Origin: a virus
IMG/VR virus record: IMGVR_UViG_3300021171_000001
Coordinates: 1-56,031 of that record
Length of the DNA stretch: 56,031 bases
Reading direction: 5' to 3' (one strand)
The translations under genes were made by a program, and so were the position numbers. The notes under the pieces are model-generated. The model ran no database searches, was not told the DNA's origin, and saw only the letters and a list, made by a program, of their open reading frames with translations. Below, piece after piece: positions 19,698-27,629 of the stretch (its first letter is position 1; each line of letters opens with the position of its first letter).

Positions 19698-20196
19698 TCT
19701 TTTTCCTTTTTTCTTTGTTTTTGCGATAAGCCCGCATTGCTTTTTCTTTGTTACCAATTACTTTTTCTAGGAATTTCTGCGCGGCAGGATGGGTGACCAT
19801 TAGATTTTTGGCGAATTCGACTCCTAAATCGGTCATTTTAAAAGCCGGTCCTCCATTCTTCGTGGTGCGTTGCATTAAATCTTGCCCACAAGAAATATCC
19901 AGATTAAGAGCAATGCCGGAATGCTTATCTTCGAAATATTCATGGAATCGATCCAAATTTGCGCCAAATACTCCGTTCTTCCTAAGTATCAGCGCGATTG
20001 TGTCAATAACCGGCACGGGAATGCCTGTCTGTAAATGAAGTTGTTCAATATTCTCCCCCACAAAACAACTGAAAATTAGGATTATCCCAATTGTGTGCTC
20101 GATGGAGCCTACTTCCGCCCCAACCAATTCCGGTATTGTTAGAACCTCACTCACATCTTCGAGTGTGGGAATGTCAGTCCGGCTAAATTTGCTCAT
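19684..20196 (-). CDS. Hypothetical protein
   Basis: Start moved to MSKFSRTD (ATG 20196-20194) behind GGGAGGTGAA. Confidence 0.5.
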   Translation of the reverse strand: MSKFSRTDIPTLEDVSEVLTIPELVGAEVGSIEHTIGIILIFSCFVGENIEQLHLQTGIPVPVIDTIALILRKNGVFGANLDRFHEYFEDKHSGIALNLDISCGQDLMQRTTKNGGPAFKMTDLGVEFAKNLMVTHPAAQKFLEKVIGNKEKAMRAYRKNKEKRKKNARK

Positions 20197-20230
20197 TTCA
20201 CCTCCCGATACAGGTAGCACGGGCAATATT

Positions 20231-20461
20231 TCACTCGCGCCGTATCGACGATTGCGAGACAATCCTTTCCGTGGTGGTGCTTCGTTTTCGGGTGCCCGCA
20301 GACACAGAGTTCCTTGGCGTTCCGATATTCATTCGGGGATGTGCTTTTTGCCATGCGTCCCACCTACATTGAGCGTCACAATAAACCTGCACCCTCCGAC
20401 TTTTAGGCCGGAACCTTTGCCCGCAGTTCGGACAGACCTGCTTTGGATGGTTGAGGCGCAC
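20231..20461 (-). CDS. Small Zn-ribbon protein
   Basis: CPNCGQRF...YCDAQC. Confidence 0.45.
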   Translation of the reverse strand: MRLNHPKQVCPNCGQRFRPKSRRVQVYCDAQCRWDAWQKAHPRMNIGTPRNSVSAGTRKRSTTTERIVSQSSIRRE

Positions 20462-20516
20462 CGTAGAGTGACATTGCTACGAATTGCTACGCGATGTCAA
20501 GAACTTTCTTCCCGAC

Positions 20517-20705
20517 TCACGATATTTTACCCACACAGGATCGGATAATCGTTTGTAGGGCCTCTTTGACCGGATCAGCCGGTTCGACCGGCACCTGAAC
20601 CACGTCTTGGGCCTCCCACCGGCAGTTCCAGCACATCTTCGATTGTTGGGCTTTCCAACCACCGCAAATCGGACAAGTGTTACTGTGCTTGGATCGGTCG
20701 GGCAC
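20517..20705 (-). CDS. Small Zn-ribbon protein
   Basis: CPICGG...CWNC. Confidence 0.45.
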   Translation of the reverse strand: MPDRSKHSNTCPICGGWKAQQSKMCWNCRWEAQDVVQVPVEPADPVKEALQTIIRSCVGKIS

Positions 20706-20714
20706 GAGTCCCCG

Positions 20715-21209
20715 TCATTTTCTTTGAATTTGCAATACCTTGGACTCTGCTCGTGCGATCTCCCGTTTTATTGCCTCCAATGGATTGCTTTCGGGAGGCG
20801 GTCCTAGTTCTTGGAACGTTAGGCGTGCATAATCAAAGTTTCCGATTGCCATATCGAGTATTGTCCGGCATCCATCGCAAAGTCCGTAATAGCTATTATG
20901 GGTAAAATCCCAGCAAAGCTCCTCGTGACAAACTCGGCACGGCGCTGATTTCGGCTTATGAAGAGGTGAACTTCCGAAAGTTTCTACTTCATGGCACCGG
21001 CGACAAAGTGGTTCCAAGTCGTCGTCTAACTCTCTTCCTACCCTCGCGTAATTTTTATGGTGGACGTGTAGGTCTTGATCATAGGCGATCACCGCGAGCC
21101 AGCGAGGAAGCCCGCAACGTATACAAATCGGAAACGCAAGCAGAAACACCTTTCTGCGTTTCTGCCAATCTTCGGAGGCAATATAAGCTTGATATTCTGT
21201 CTTGGTCAT
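20715..21209 (-). CDS. HNH-motif nuclease-like protein
   Basis: CIRCGLP...LHVHHKNYARVGRELDDDLEPLCRRCHEVE. Confidence 0.6.
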   Translation of the reverse strand: MTKTEYQAYIASEDWQKRRKVFLLAFPICIRCGLPRWLAVIAYDQDLHVHHKNYARVGRELDDDLEPLCRRCHEVETFGSSPLHKPKSAPCRVCHEELCWDFTHNSYYGLCDGCRTILDMAIGNFDYARLTFQELGPPPESNPLEAIKREIARAESKVLQIQRK

Positions 21210-21748
21210 CGGACCATCACTTTCTGCCTCGCTAGGCGTTCGATCTCTTCGCTTATCCAGTTATAGCCGACATTGATCTCTTTTCGGGAGTCGGCCTCTT
21301 TTTCTAGGCGTCGATCTCTTCCTTCAATCCTCCGCCTTTGCTCCTGTTCATCGACGAGAGAGGAAACGCGCCGGGGTTGCGCGGATTTTTTCTTAGTCTT
21401 TAATTCTTGCTTTACTTCTTTAAGAGTGGTCGCTGGTGTCGTCACTTTTGGAAAAGTGGCGTCATTAGTGTCGTCACTTTTTGAAAGTGGCGTCATTAGT
21501 GTCGTCACTTTTTCCACAGATTTGTTATAGTTGTGGATAATCACGGGGAAACTGCCCTTTTTACCTCTCGAATGGCGTAACGCTATGTAATGTTTGATAT
21601 TAAGTGATGCGAGGATTCGCTGGCATTTCCTAGGTGACCAGCGTTTAAGATAGGAAGCGAGCGCCACACCTGAGCCAATCCAGATGCCGGTGCGATAATC
21701 TGCAAGGACCAATAAGGCGGTAAAAACGCCGAATTCATCACCTGACAT
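21206..21748 (-). CDS. Replication-initiator candidate (N-terminal winged-helix) with iteron-like repeats inside the gene
   Basis: 180 aa. N-terminus FGVFTALLVLADYRTG...LASYLKRWSPRKCQRILASLNIKHYIAL looks like a wHTH. It contains the 31-32-nt direct repeats at 21436-21513, followed by an AT-rich stretch. Confidence 0.4.
   Translation of the reverse strand: MSGDEFGVFTALLVLADYRTGIWIGSGVALASYLKRWSPRKCQRILASLNIKHYIALRHSRGKKGSFPVIIHNYNKSVEKVTTLMTPLSKSDDTNDATFPKVTTPATTLKEVKQELKTKKKSAQPRRVSSLVDEQEQRRRIEGRDRRLEKEADSRKEINVGYNWISEEIERLARQKVMVR
21436..21513. repeat. 2.5 tandem copies of a 31-32-nt direct repeat (iteron-like; candidate origin)
   Basis: gtgtcgtcacttttggaaaagtggcgtcatta / gtgtcgtcactttttgaaagtggcgtcatta / gtgtcgtcacttttt. 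Confidence 0.85.
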
Positions 21749-21914
21749 CCTTCCAGATTGTAGATGGTGGATTATTCCCCGTCGAAGTTTTACAAATCCT
21801 GAATGCGTGGCACCCTCCTAGAAAGGGCGGGACCGAGCGATGTTCTAGGCACCGCCCGGCCCACGGTCCTCTGGATCGGAAACTTAGTTCCCGGCCCATA
21901 CTCTATAATTGCCT

Positions 21915-21949
21915 GAAAATAAAGGGCCAGTGTTCGAGGCACCGGCCCT
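21915..21949 (-). terminator. Intrinsic terminator (minus strand) in the ERF-to-rep intergenic region
   Basis: The minus strand reads AGGGCCGGTG-cctcgaa-CACTGGCCCT-TTATTTTC: a 10-bp stem with one G-U, a 7-nt loop and a U-tract. Confidence 0.65.
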
Positions 21950-21996
21950 GGAGCGAAACCAAAGATCGGGCGATTGCACACTCGATCCGATTCGGG

Positions 21997-22025
21997 AGCA
22001 TAAAAGGCTCGCCGGTCGGCGTCAA
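21997..22025 (-). promoter_or_regulatory. Sigma70-like promoter (minus strand) directly after the ERF stop
   Basis: Minus strand: TTGACG (22025-22020), 17-nt spacer, TATGCT (22002-21997). Confidence 0.45.
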
Positions 22026-22033
22026 GTGTTTTC

Positions 22034-22840
22034 TTATCCCTCGATGTCGATATGCAGTTTCATGGCCGTTTCGATCAGGCCGCGTTCGTATTCAGCCGCA
22101 ACGCGCCAATAAACCGACTTATCCTTCAATTGGAAGCGCTTCGAGTCTGTATCTAATAGATATTGCTCGATTTGTGGTACGGCGAGTAATCCGGAGACCT
22201 TGATGTAGTGACCGTTATACTCTTCCGGTCGAGAGATTACGATTTTCTTCTCCGGTTCGACCTGAGTTAGTGCATCGACGGCGATTTTTCGAACCTTCGG
22301 ATCGTCGGAATTCGCTTTTTGCGCGAGCGTCTTGTTGACGACATCCTTCTGCTTCGCTTTCCCTTCCTCGAAGGTCATGCCGTGTTCCTCGACATCGTTG
22401 CCGATAGCCAAGTTGAAAATGATGATAATGGCGTATTTTCGGCATCCGGTCATGGCCTTGTAAATCGATTTGTCGGTGCCGTCGTATCCGTCTCCGGGAA
22501 ACGTCCAGGTTCGATGCTCGCCGGATTCCGTATCTTCGACGGTCCAATCCATCAACACTTCGGAGATATAGCCGCTCCGACCGAGATTCCCGTCTTTGCC
22601 GACACGTTCATGCGCCGTTCGAAGCGAAGACCTGAGCGTTCCCGTGAGAATGAGTTTGTTGCCGCTCAGAAGTTTGTTGACCGCAACGACGGCATCCTCG
22701 ATTCGGAGATAGCTCGACCCTCCCATATCGGTGCCGAATTTCCCGCGTTTCTTCACGACAGCAACTTTCTCTTGGATGTCGAGAATTTTTTGCGCGAGAG
22801 TTCGTTTCGGAGCTTCTGGCGTTTTCGTCTCTTCGCTCAT
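22034..22840 (-). CDS. erf: ERF-family single-strand annealing recombinase
   Basis: 268 aa. LAQKILDIQEKVAVVKKRGKF...YLRIEDAVVAVNKLLSGNKLILTG...GTDKSIYKAMTGCRKYAIIIIFNL follows the ERF superfamily pattern. Confidence 0.7.
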   Translation of the reverse strand: MSEETKTPEAPKRTLAQKILDIQEKVAVVKKRGKFGTDMGGSSYLRIEDAVVAVNKLLSGNKLILTGTLRSSLRTAHERVGKDGNLGRSGYISEVLMDWTVEDTESGEHRTWTFPGDGYDGTDKSIYKAMTGCRKYAIIIIFNLAIGNDVEEHGMTFEEGKAKQKDVVNKTLAQKANSDDPKVRKIAVDALTQVEPEKKIVISRPEEYNGHYIKVSGLLAVPQIEQYLLDTDSKRFQLKDKSVYWRVAAEYERGLIETAMKLHIDIEG

Positions 22841-23037
22841 TCGTCCTCACTTTCGTAATCGTCCCATGTAGCAGGTTCGAACGTCGAGCAATCGCAGGCA
22901 ATCATCGGCATCGAATAGTGGCATTCACCGGAATTCGCGTGCCAAAACGCCGGATGAAGGCAATTTCGGCAGGGATGATCCGGTTCGATCACATCTCGAT
23001 TGGCTCGTGATTCGAATTCTTCATCGGGCGTTTTCAT
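22837..23037 (-). CDS. Small Cys/His-rich protein
   Basis: 66 aa with CRNCLHP...CHY...CDC; ATGA coupling. Confidence 0.5.
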   Translation of the reverse strand: MKTPDEEFESRANRDVIEPDHPCRNCLHPAFWHANSGECHYSMPMIACDCSTFEPATWDDYESEDE

Positions 23038-23465
23038 TTCTCGCGCTTCGCTTTCCGAATGTATCGGTCGAGTTCCATTGCAGCGGCTGCCGCCCGGCCT
23101 TCGGGTGTCGAGGCAGCGTTATAGGCTTCGGCTGCTTTGGGACTCCATCCGTCTTTAGGAAATGCGGCGAAGAGAGCCTCCGCTTCTCGATGAGTTAATC
23201 CAAGAATCTTTTGTGCCGCATCGGAAACATTAAGATGTTTCCCTTTCAACCCTACGATCCAAACGGTTCGTGTAACGCTGTTCCGCAAGAACTTAAGTCC
23301 TTCCATGACGCAGGCATTTCCGGCAAGGCATCCTACTGTCCCGCACGGCGGGTTCTGCTCTCTGAAAATGTCTGATTCTTTCGAGTAGAACCATGCTGCT
23401 TGTCGATACCGGCGCGGTTCTTCGAGGATATATCGCTTCAATTTTTCGAGTGCTCTGATTTTCAT
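23034..23465 (-). CDS. Hypothetical protein
   Basis: Start moved to MKIRALEK (ATG 23465-23463) behind TAGGAGGAAAAAT; contains CGTVGCLAGNAC. Confidence 0.55.
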   Translation of the reverse strand: MKIRALEKLKRYILEEPRRYRQAAWFYSKESDIFREQNPPCGTVGCLAGNACVMEGLKFLRNSVTRTVWIVGLKGKHLNVSDAAQKILGLTHREAEALFAAFPKDGWSPKAAEAYNAASTPEGRAAAAAMELDRYIRKAKREK

Positions 23466-23484
23466 ATTTTTCCTCCTAGGTCGG

Positions 23485-23628
23485 CTAGTGCCTCGAATCG
23501 AGTTTCTGAATCGCTTGTTCGGCGGTTGCCCAAATATCATCGAGCGACTCGCCGCGTGCGCATAGCACCTGGATCAGTTCGAGCAGTTGTCGGACCGAAG
23601 TGGTTTTAACCGGCCTTCGGGATGGCAT
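23485..23628 (-). CDS. Small hypothetical protein (47 aa, below the ORF-track cutoff)
   Basis: Translated by hand: MPSRRPVKTTSVRQLLELIQVLCARGESLDDIWATAEQAIQKLDSRH. RBS AAGGAG 6 nt upstream; TAG stop. Confidence 0.45.
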   Translation of the reverse strand: MPSRRPVKTTSVRQLLELIQVLCARGESLDDIWATAEQAIQKLDSRH

Positions 23629-23869
23629 AGATAACTCCTTCACGAGCGTAGACATTGTGGCTCCTTCGGTATTTCCGCTTGAGCGCCTGAACGAACGCGT
23701 TCACCGGATTTCGGAGATCAAGTTCTCCATTCAAGCGGATTTCGATGCTTTTCCCGGCCTCGATGTCCTCTACGGCGTTTTTCCATTCGGGTGTATTCCG
23801 AATGATGCCGGACTGTTTCGGACGCGGAGGATTCTTTGCGGCTTTAACTCCTGTTCTACGTTTCGACAT
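23606..23869 (-). CDS. Hypothetical basic protein
   Basis: 87-aa ORF. Confidence 0.5.
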   Translation of the reverse strand: MSKRRTGVKAAKNPPRPKQSGIIRNTPEWKNAVEDIEAGKSIEIRLNGELDLRNPVNAFVQALKRKYRRSHNVYAREGVIYAIPKAG

Positions 23870-24212
23870 CGTTGTATCCCTCCCAGGGCGGTAGTTCCGG
23901 CTCGATGCCCAAGCAAAACTTTTCGGTGATGGCTTCTGCCGCTTTGCCCAAGCTGATTTGACCGTTGGCGAAAAGGTGCATGATCGTTCGACCGCTCGGG
24001 TCGTGTTTCAGGAATTGGAATAGCGGTTCCTGACACACTTTCTCCCAAGTCAGTAATCTTTCGTAGTACTGGACTCGGAGGGCTAACTTTTCGAGTCGAT
24101 CCCCTTCGGGAGTGCCCTTAGCCGCGTTTGAGTCAAGTAGTTTTTCGATTTCCAGAAGTGCCGCTTTGTATTCCTCCCGAGGCATGTATCCTTCTGGCGC
24201 TTTGATTTTCAT
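23856..24212 (-). CDS. Hypothetical protein whose N-terminus resembles HigA/COG5499-type regulators
   Basis: EEYKAALLEIEKLLDS...GTPEGDRLEKLALRVQYYE resembles the N-terminal extension of COG5499 antitoxin-like HTH proteins. No toxin partner was recognised. Confidence 0.3.
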   Translation of the reverse strand: MKIKAPEGYMPREEYKAALLEIEKLLDSNAAKGTPEGDRLEKLALRVQYYERLLTWEKVCQEPLFQFLKHDPSGRTIMHLFANGQISLGKAAEAITEKFCLGIEPELPPWEGYNDVET

Positions 24213-24701
24213 CTAGGCCGCATCCGTGTTGACTGAGTTTAGGTCCGTTCGAATGCCGGTCGTGTAATGGTACTTAATCTTCCGGCCTTGAACCTTGTGC
24301 GGCCCTCGCGGTTTCGGCTGCCCGAGTTTCTGACTTTCCGGGAAGACTGCAAGCACATAGTCTCCCGGCGCAAAGCCAGCCTCTCGGTCGAAACTGACAA
24401 TCTCGCGCTGGACAGCAGTCGGCACTCGGTAGCGAATCGCTTTCTTGCCCTTGACGATGTAGGCAACCGTCAAGGAAACGAGCACTCCATCGGCCTTCAT
24501 CTTTCGTTTCGAAGCGACGGCCATCGCGCACGAAGCATGACTTCGAACGGCGGCGGATTCGGAATCATTTGCCGTCACTTCGATGCTCAACGGCTGTTTT
24601 CCATCTTCGACGCTATCGACTTGCGGGAAATACCGCTTGACGATGATTAACGCTCGATCTGTTCGCTCTTTCATTGGTTTTCTCCTATTCGATTTCGACA
24701 T
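24213..24701 (-). CDS. Hypothetical protein, paralog B of a tandem pair
   Basis: 162 aa. Shares YFP-V--VED---PL--EVT--DS-S-AVR----CAMAVA-KRKMKADGVLV---VAYI-KG----RY--P--VQ-EIVSFDREAGFAPG-Y with 24685..25176. Confidence 0.6.
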   Translation of the reverse strand: MSKSNRRKPMKERTDRALIIVKRYFPQVDSVEDGKQPLSIEVTANDSESAAVRSHASCAMAVASKRKMKADGVLVSLTVAYIVKGKKAIRYRVPTAVQREIVSFDREAGFAPGDYVLAVFPESQKLGQPKPRGPHKVQGRKIKYHYTTGIRTDLNSVNTDAA

Positions 24702-25176
24702 TGGAACCGAGAGCCGTTCGGATGCCGGTTGTTCTGTGCTGGAAGCGCACTAGTTTCCCGCTCAGCTTGCCGGGACCGTATTCTCTCTTCTCTCCGAATC
24801 GGTTTGCTGGACTTTCGGGAACGAGTTGATAGGTCCCTGGCGCAAATCCCGCTTCCCGGTCAAAACTCACAATTTCTTTTTGAACGGACATTGGGATTTG
24901 GTACCGAGTTGCGGTTGTTCCCTTGATGATGTACGCAACGCTTCGAGCAACGAGGACTCCATCGGCTTTCATCTTTCGTTTGCAGGCGACCGCCATCGCA
25001 CAGCCTTCCTTGTTGCGGACGGCGGAAGAGTTCGAGTCGGCTTTCGTCACTTCGACTTGAAGCGGTGTATCGCTATCCTCGACTCTCTCGACTTTCGGGA
25101 AATACTTTTGGACGTTGGCCAAAGCAATCGACTTCGGTTTGTGATTCAAGGCAATACGATTCACTTTCGTTGACAT
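24685..25176 (-). CDS. Hypothetical protein, paralog A of a tandem pair
   Basis: 163 aa; see 24213..24701. Confidence 0.6.
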   Translation of the reverse strand: MSTKVNRIALNHKPKSIALANVQKYFPKVERVEDSDTPLQVEVTKADSNSSAVRNKEGCAMAVACKRKMKADGVLVARSVAYIIKGTTATRYQIPMSVQKEIVSFDREAGFAPGTYQLVPESPANRFGEKREYGPGKLSGKLVRFQHRTTGIRTALGSNVEIE

Positions 25177-25189
25177 TTCGAATTCTCCT

Positions 25190-25570
25190 TTATCGAGCGA
25201 CGTAGAATTTACGACTGGATGTCGGCTTCGCAGTCGTAGGTTGGATTAGTTGATCATGGAGTCGATCAAGTTCCGACTCGATTGTCGAACGCATCTTCTC
25301 GAAAGCATATTCGAGGAGCGCGGGAGGAATTTCGGTTGAGTGACCATTGGTCGGTCGGATGCCCAACTTGGCATTCCTCCATCTTGGACTTTGACCGATA
25401 GGCAATCCGGTTTTGACGTTAATCAGAATGTGACCGGGATTTTTCTTGCCATGATTCACGCGGCCCGTGTTCGAAGCGAACCATTCGTTGCATGTCTTGC
25501 AAGTGAATTGCGCTTGACTAGGAACCGTTCCATCGGCAGGCAAGAATTTCGGCAGTCTTGAGACATTCAT
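25190..25570 (-). CDS. C2H2-type zinc-finger-like protein, first gene of the leftward early operon
   Basis: FTCKTCNEWFASNTGRVNHGKKNPGH (C-x2-C-x12-H-x6-H); RBS GGAGAATAAAA. Confidence 0.5.
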   Translation of the reverse strand: MNVSRLPKFLPADGTVPSQAQFTCKTCNEWFASNTGRVNHGKKNPGHILINVKTGLPIGQSPRWRNAKLGIRPTNGHSTEIPPALLEYAFEKMRSTIESELDRLHDQLIQPTTAKPTSSRKFYVAR

Positions 25571-25683
25571 TTTTATTCTCCATTCGGTCGGCGTATAGAG
25601 CTTCCTTCATCCATTCTCGGAAAATTCGCAGCAAAAACCATTCTTCGAAAATTCACCCGGATTTTTTGAAGGTCCGAGAAAAC

Positions 25684-25721
25684 GGGACTCGTAGACTCTT
25701 TCGGAGGGTTTTCCGAGTCCC
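25684..25721 (-). promoter_or_regulatory. Hairpin in the leader of the leftward operon (attenuator/terminator-like)
   Basis: GGGACTCG (25684-25691) pairs with CGAGTCCC (25714-25721). On the minus strand the stem is followed by GTTTTCTC. Confidence 0.3.
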
Positions 25722-25808
25722 GCCTCTCGGAGCACGTAGGAGCAACCAACACAGCACGTAAAATGTACACTGTCGAGTGAATAGTGTCTAGAACTATGTA
25801 CTTTTTAC

Positions 25809-25837
25809 TTGCTTTTAGTTTTCCCGTGACATAAAAT
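25809..25837 (+). promoter_or_regulatory. Sigma70-like promoter whose -10 box lies 9 nt from ATG 25847 (leaderless design)
   Basis: TTGCTT (25809-25814), 17-nt spacer, TAAAAT (25832-25837); no SD before the ATG. Confidence 0.55.
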
Positions 25838-25846
25838 GGCGCAATT

Positions 25847-26275
25847 ATGAGGAAACAAGCGAACGGTAGACTTGGCGAAGATGCGGTTTATCACTTACTC
25901 TCTACGAGATACGGGCGAGATGTCCACACGGCACCTTACCTGTCCCCGTATGATATCACCATAGACGGGATTCGGGTAGAAGTAAAAACGGCTAAACCCC
26001 GCACCCAAAATGACGGGTATCCGATGCTTAGTTGGACATTTAATATCCATCGGCACGGCAAAATTCCGACAATTCAACCTGATTGCTATCTATTGCGGTT
26101 AGAAGATGTTCCCTATTCGAGCAATGCAATCCATTTGGTGTTTCTCGCTCCCTTGTACCGTCCGACGATTCAAATTAGCATTCGGGCACTACTGGACCAA
26201 AGATACCACGAAGAACGCGAGCAATTTATACGTCTTACTAACGGAACCCTCGTCATACCCTCCCGCACAAAGTAA
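25847..26275 (+). CDS. PD-(D/E)xK nuclease-fold protein (Hjc/restriction-endonuclease-like)
   Basis: GRLGEDAVYHLLSTRYG...SPYDITIDGIRVEVKTAK shows the G-x-x-G-E ... D ... E-V-K arrangement. Confidence 0.5.
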   Translation: MRKQANGRLGEDAVYHLLSTRYGRDVHTAPYLSPYDITIDGIRVEVKTAKPRTQNDGYPMLSWTFNIHRHGKIPTIQPDCYLLRLEDVPYSSNAIHLVFLAPLYRPTIQISIRALLDQRYHEEREQFIRLTNGTLVIPSRTK

Positions 26276-26372
26276 TTACTTCTCATTTCTTAAATACCAC
26301 TTGACACTTTTCACTCTTTCGCGCATCTTATCAAACGTGGCAGAACGCATGCCCAACTGGAGCGAAAAACCA

Positions 26373-26693
26373 ATGGCAGAGCAAGATAACGTGATTACGC
26401 TCAAACCTCCCGACAGGAGGAAGACTGTCGTACTGGGCAAGATTCTCACAAACGCTCAAATTCATGTAGCGATGGACATTATCCGGGGTGAAGAGATAAC
26501 CGGGAATGACCGCGCACCCGAAAGAATCGCGCATGAAGTCATTCTGCCAATTCTCCATTCAATCAACAAGATAACCGGGCAGGAAAATGATCCTGCCTAC
26601 CTCGGATACGCCATAGCCTTTGCGCTCCGTCCGCATTTGATTGGTGCGGAGTCCGACGCGTTCGATTGCGGAGACCCGTCGATATGCGAGTGA
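26373..26693 (+). CDS. Hypothetical protein
   Basis: Start chosen at MAEQDN (ATG 26373) behind GGAGCGAAAAACCA; the alternative is ATG 26349. Confidence 0.5.
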   Translation: MAEQDNVITLKPPDRRKTVVLGKILTNAQIHVAMDIIRGEEITGNDRAPERIAHEVILPILHSINKITGQENDPAYLGYAIAFALRPHLIGAESDAFDCGDPSICE

Positions 26694-26733
26694 TTTGTGC
26701 ATTGCTCTCAACGGCGGTCCTATTTTACCGGGA

Positions 26734-27081
26734 ATGGTTTGGACCGCGTACCGAGGAAATAGCGCGGGAGACTTGGAACGCGTGTTTGCGGAGGAAACCG
26801 TGAGCGTATGCCCAACATGCAAGCGAAAAATGCCGAGTCCAAAGCTAACCGAGGATAAGCGGTTAGTGGAAGACAGGCTCAAGGCAAAGCGGTCTCTCGC
26901 GGTACTCGAATCGTGTTTAGGTGACGCGTGGTACTTCGATCTAACGGACGCGATTCGGGACGAACAAGAGAGACTCATTCGCGCCTTGTCGGATTCTCGT
27001 TTGCTTTGGTCTATCTATCGACGTGCCGACAAGGGAAAGCTTCCGCCGTACTACGAGAGAGAGGAAAGCATCGCCGCGTGA
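26734..27081 (+). CDS. Hypothetical protein with a CPTC motif
   Basis: Start uncertain (ATG 26734 or TTG 26695). Confidence 0.4.
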   Translation: MVWTAYRGNSAGDLERVFAEETVSVCPTCKRKMPSPKLTEDKRLVEDRLKAKRSLAVLESCLGDAWYFDLTDAIRDEQERLIRALSDSRLLWSIYRRADKGKLPPYYEREESIAA

Positions 27082-27083
27082 GC

Positions 27084-27123
27084 TTTGCGGGTATGGCACG
27101 TCACAAACCGTGCCAATCCCGGA
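27084..27123 (+). promoter_or_regulatory. Conserved intergenic hairpin element, copy A
   Basis: TTTGCGGGT-at-GGCACG-tcacaaac-CGTGCC-AATCCCGGA. Confidence 0.7.
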
Positions 27124-27168
27124 ACGCGCACAACGTTCCAAATCTGAAACGAATAGGAGCAAACCGAC

Positions 27169-27552
27169 ATGTACGATTTGTATTTTACTTCTTTCGGAGA
27201 ACAGGGAATCACGCAAGCGGGAAGAGACTTTATTCAGTCGATTCTCATTCGCCGTCCCTTGTTTCCGCCACTTGACGTTCGCCTTGCCCGACAAAACGGA
27301 CTCCGAGTGTCGTTCGCGGACAAAGACGCTCTCGACTACGCGGACGTGGACATAACGGATGTTGCTGATCCGGGAAGCACGTCAACGGAAACGGGAGACT
27401 GGAAACCGATGGACGCGCCAATCGGGACTCCGGGATACGCGGACAACGGACGACCGTGTGACGATTTGGAAGACGATTCGCCAGACGAAGCTCTCTGCGA
27501 TTCGATCATGGATGCAGAACTCGATACGGACGGCGAAACGGAGGAAATGTAG
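27169..27552 (+). CDS. Highly acidic early protein
   Basis: 127 aa; RBS TAGGAGCAAACCGAC; the C-terminal half is dominated by Asp/Glu; TAG stop. Confidence 0.6.
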   Translation: MYDLYFTSFGEQGITQAGRDFIQSILIRRPLFPPLDVRLARQNGLRVSFADKDALDYADVDITDVADPGSTSTETGDWKPMDAPIGTPGYADNGRPCDDLEDDSPDEALCDSIMDAELDTDGETEEM

Positions 27553-27555
27553 TCC

Positions 27556-27592
27556 TTTGCGGGTGCGGGATGCCTAACATCCCAATCCCGGA
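27556..27592 (+). promoter_or_regulatory. Conserved intergenic hairpin element, copy B
   Basis: TTTGCGGGT-gc-GGGATG-cctaa-CATCCC-AATCCCGGA. Confidence 0.7.
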
Positions 27593-27629
27593 GGGGATTT
27601 GATCCTTCCAACTAGGAGAAAAACCAAAC

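Noticed and set aside
21436-21513. The direct repeats as a CRISPR array
   Set aside because: The repeats are contiguous with no spacers, number only 2.5 copies, and lie inside a coding sequence. No CRISPR-like array exists anywhere in the window.
26301-26334. TTGACA at 26301 as a promoter for the gene at 26349/26373
   Set aside because: No acceptable -10 hexamer lies at 16-19 nt spacing. The nearest, TATCAA, is 22 nt away.
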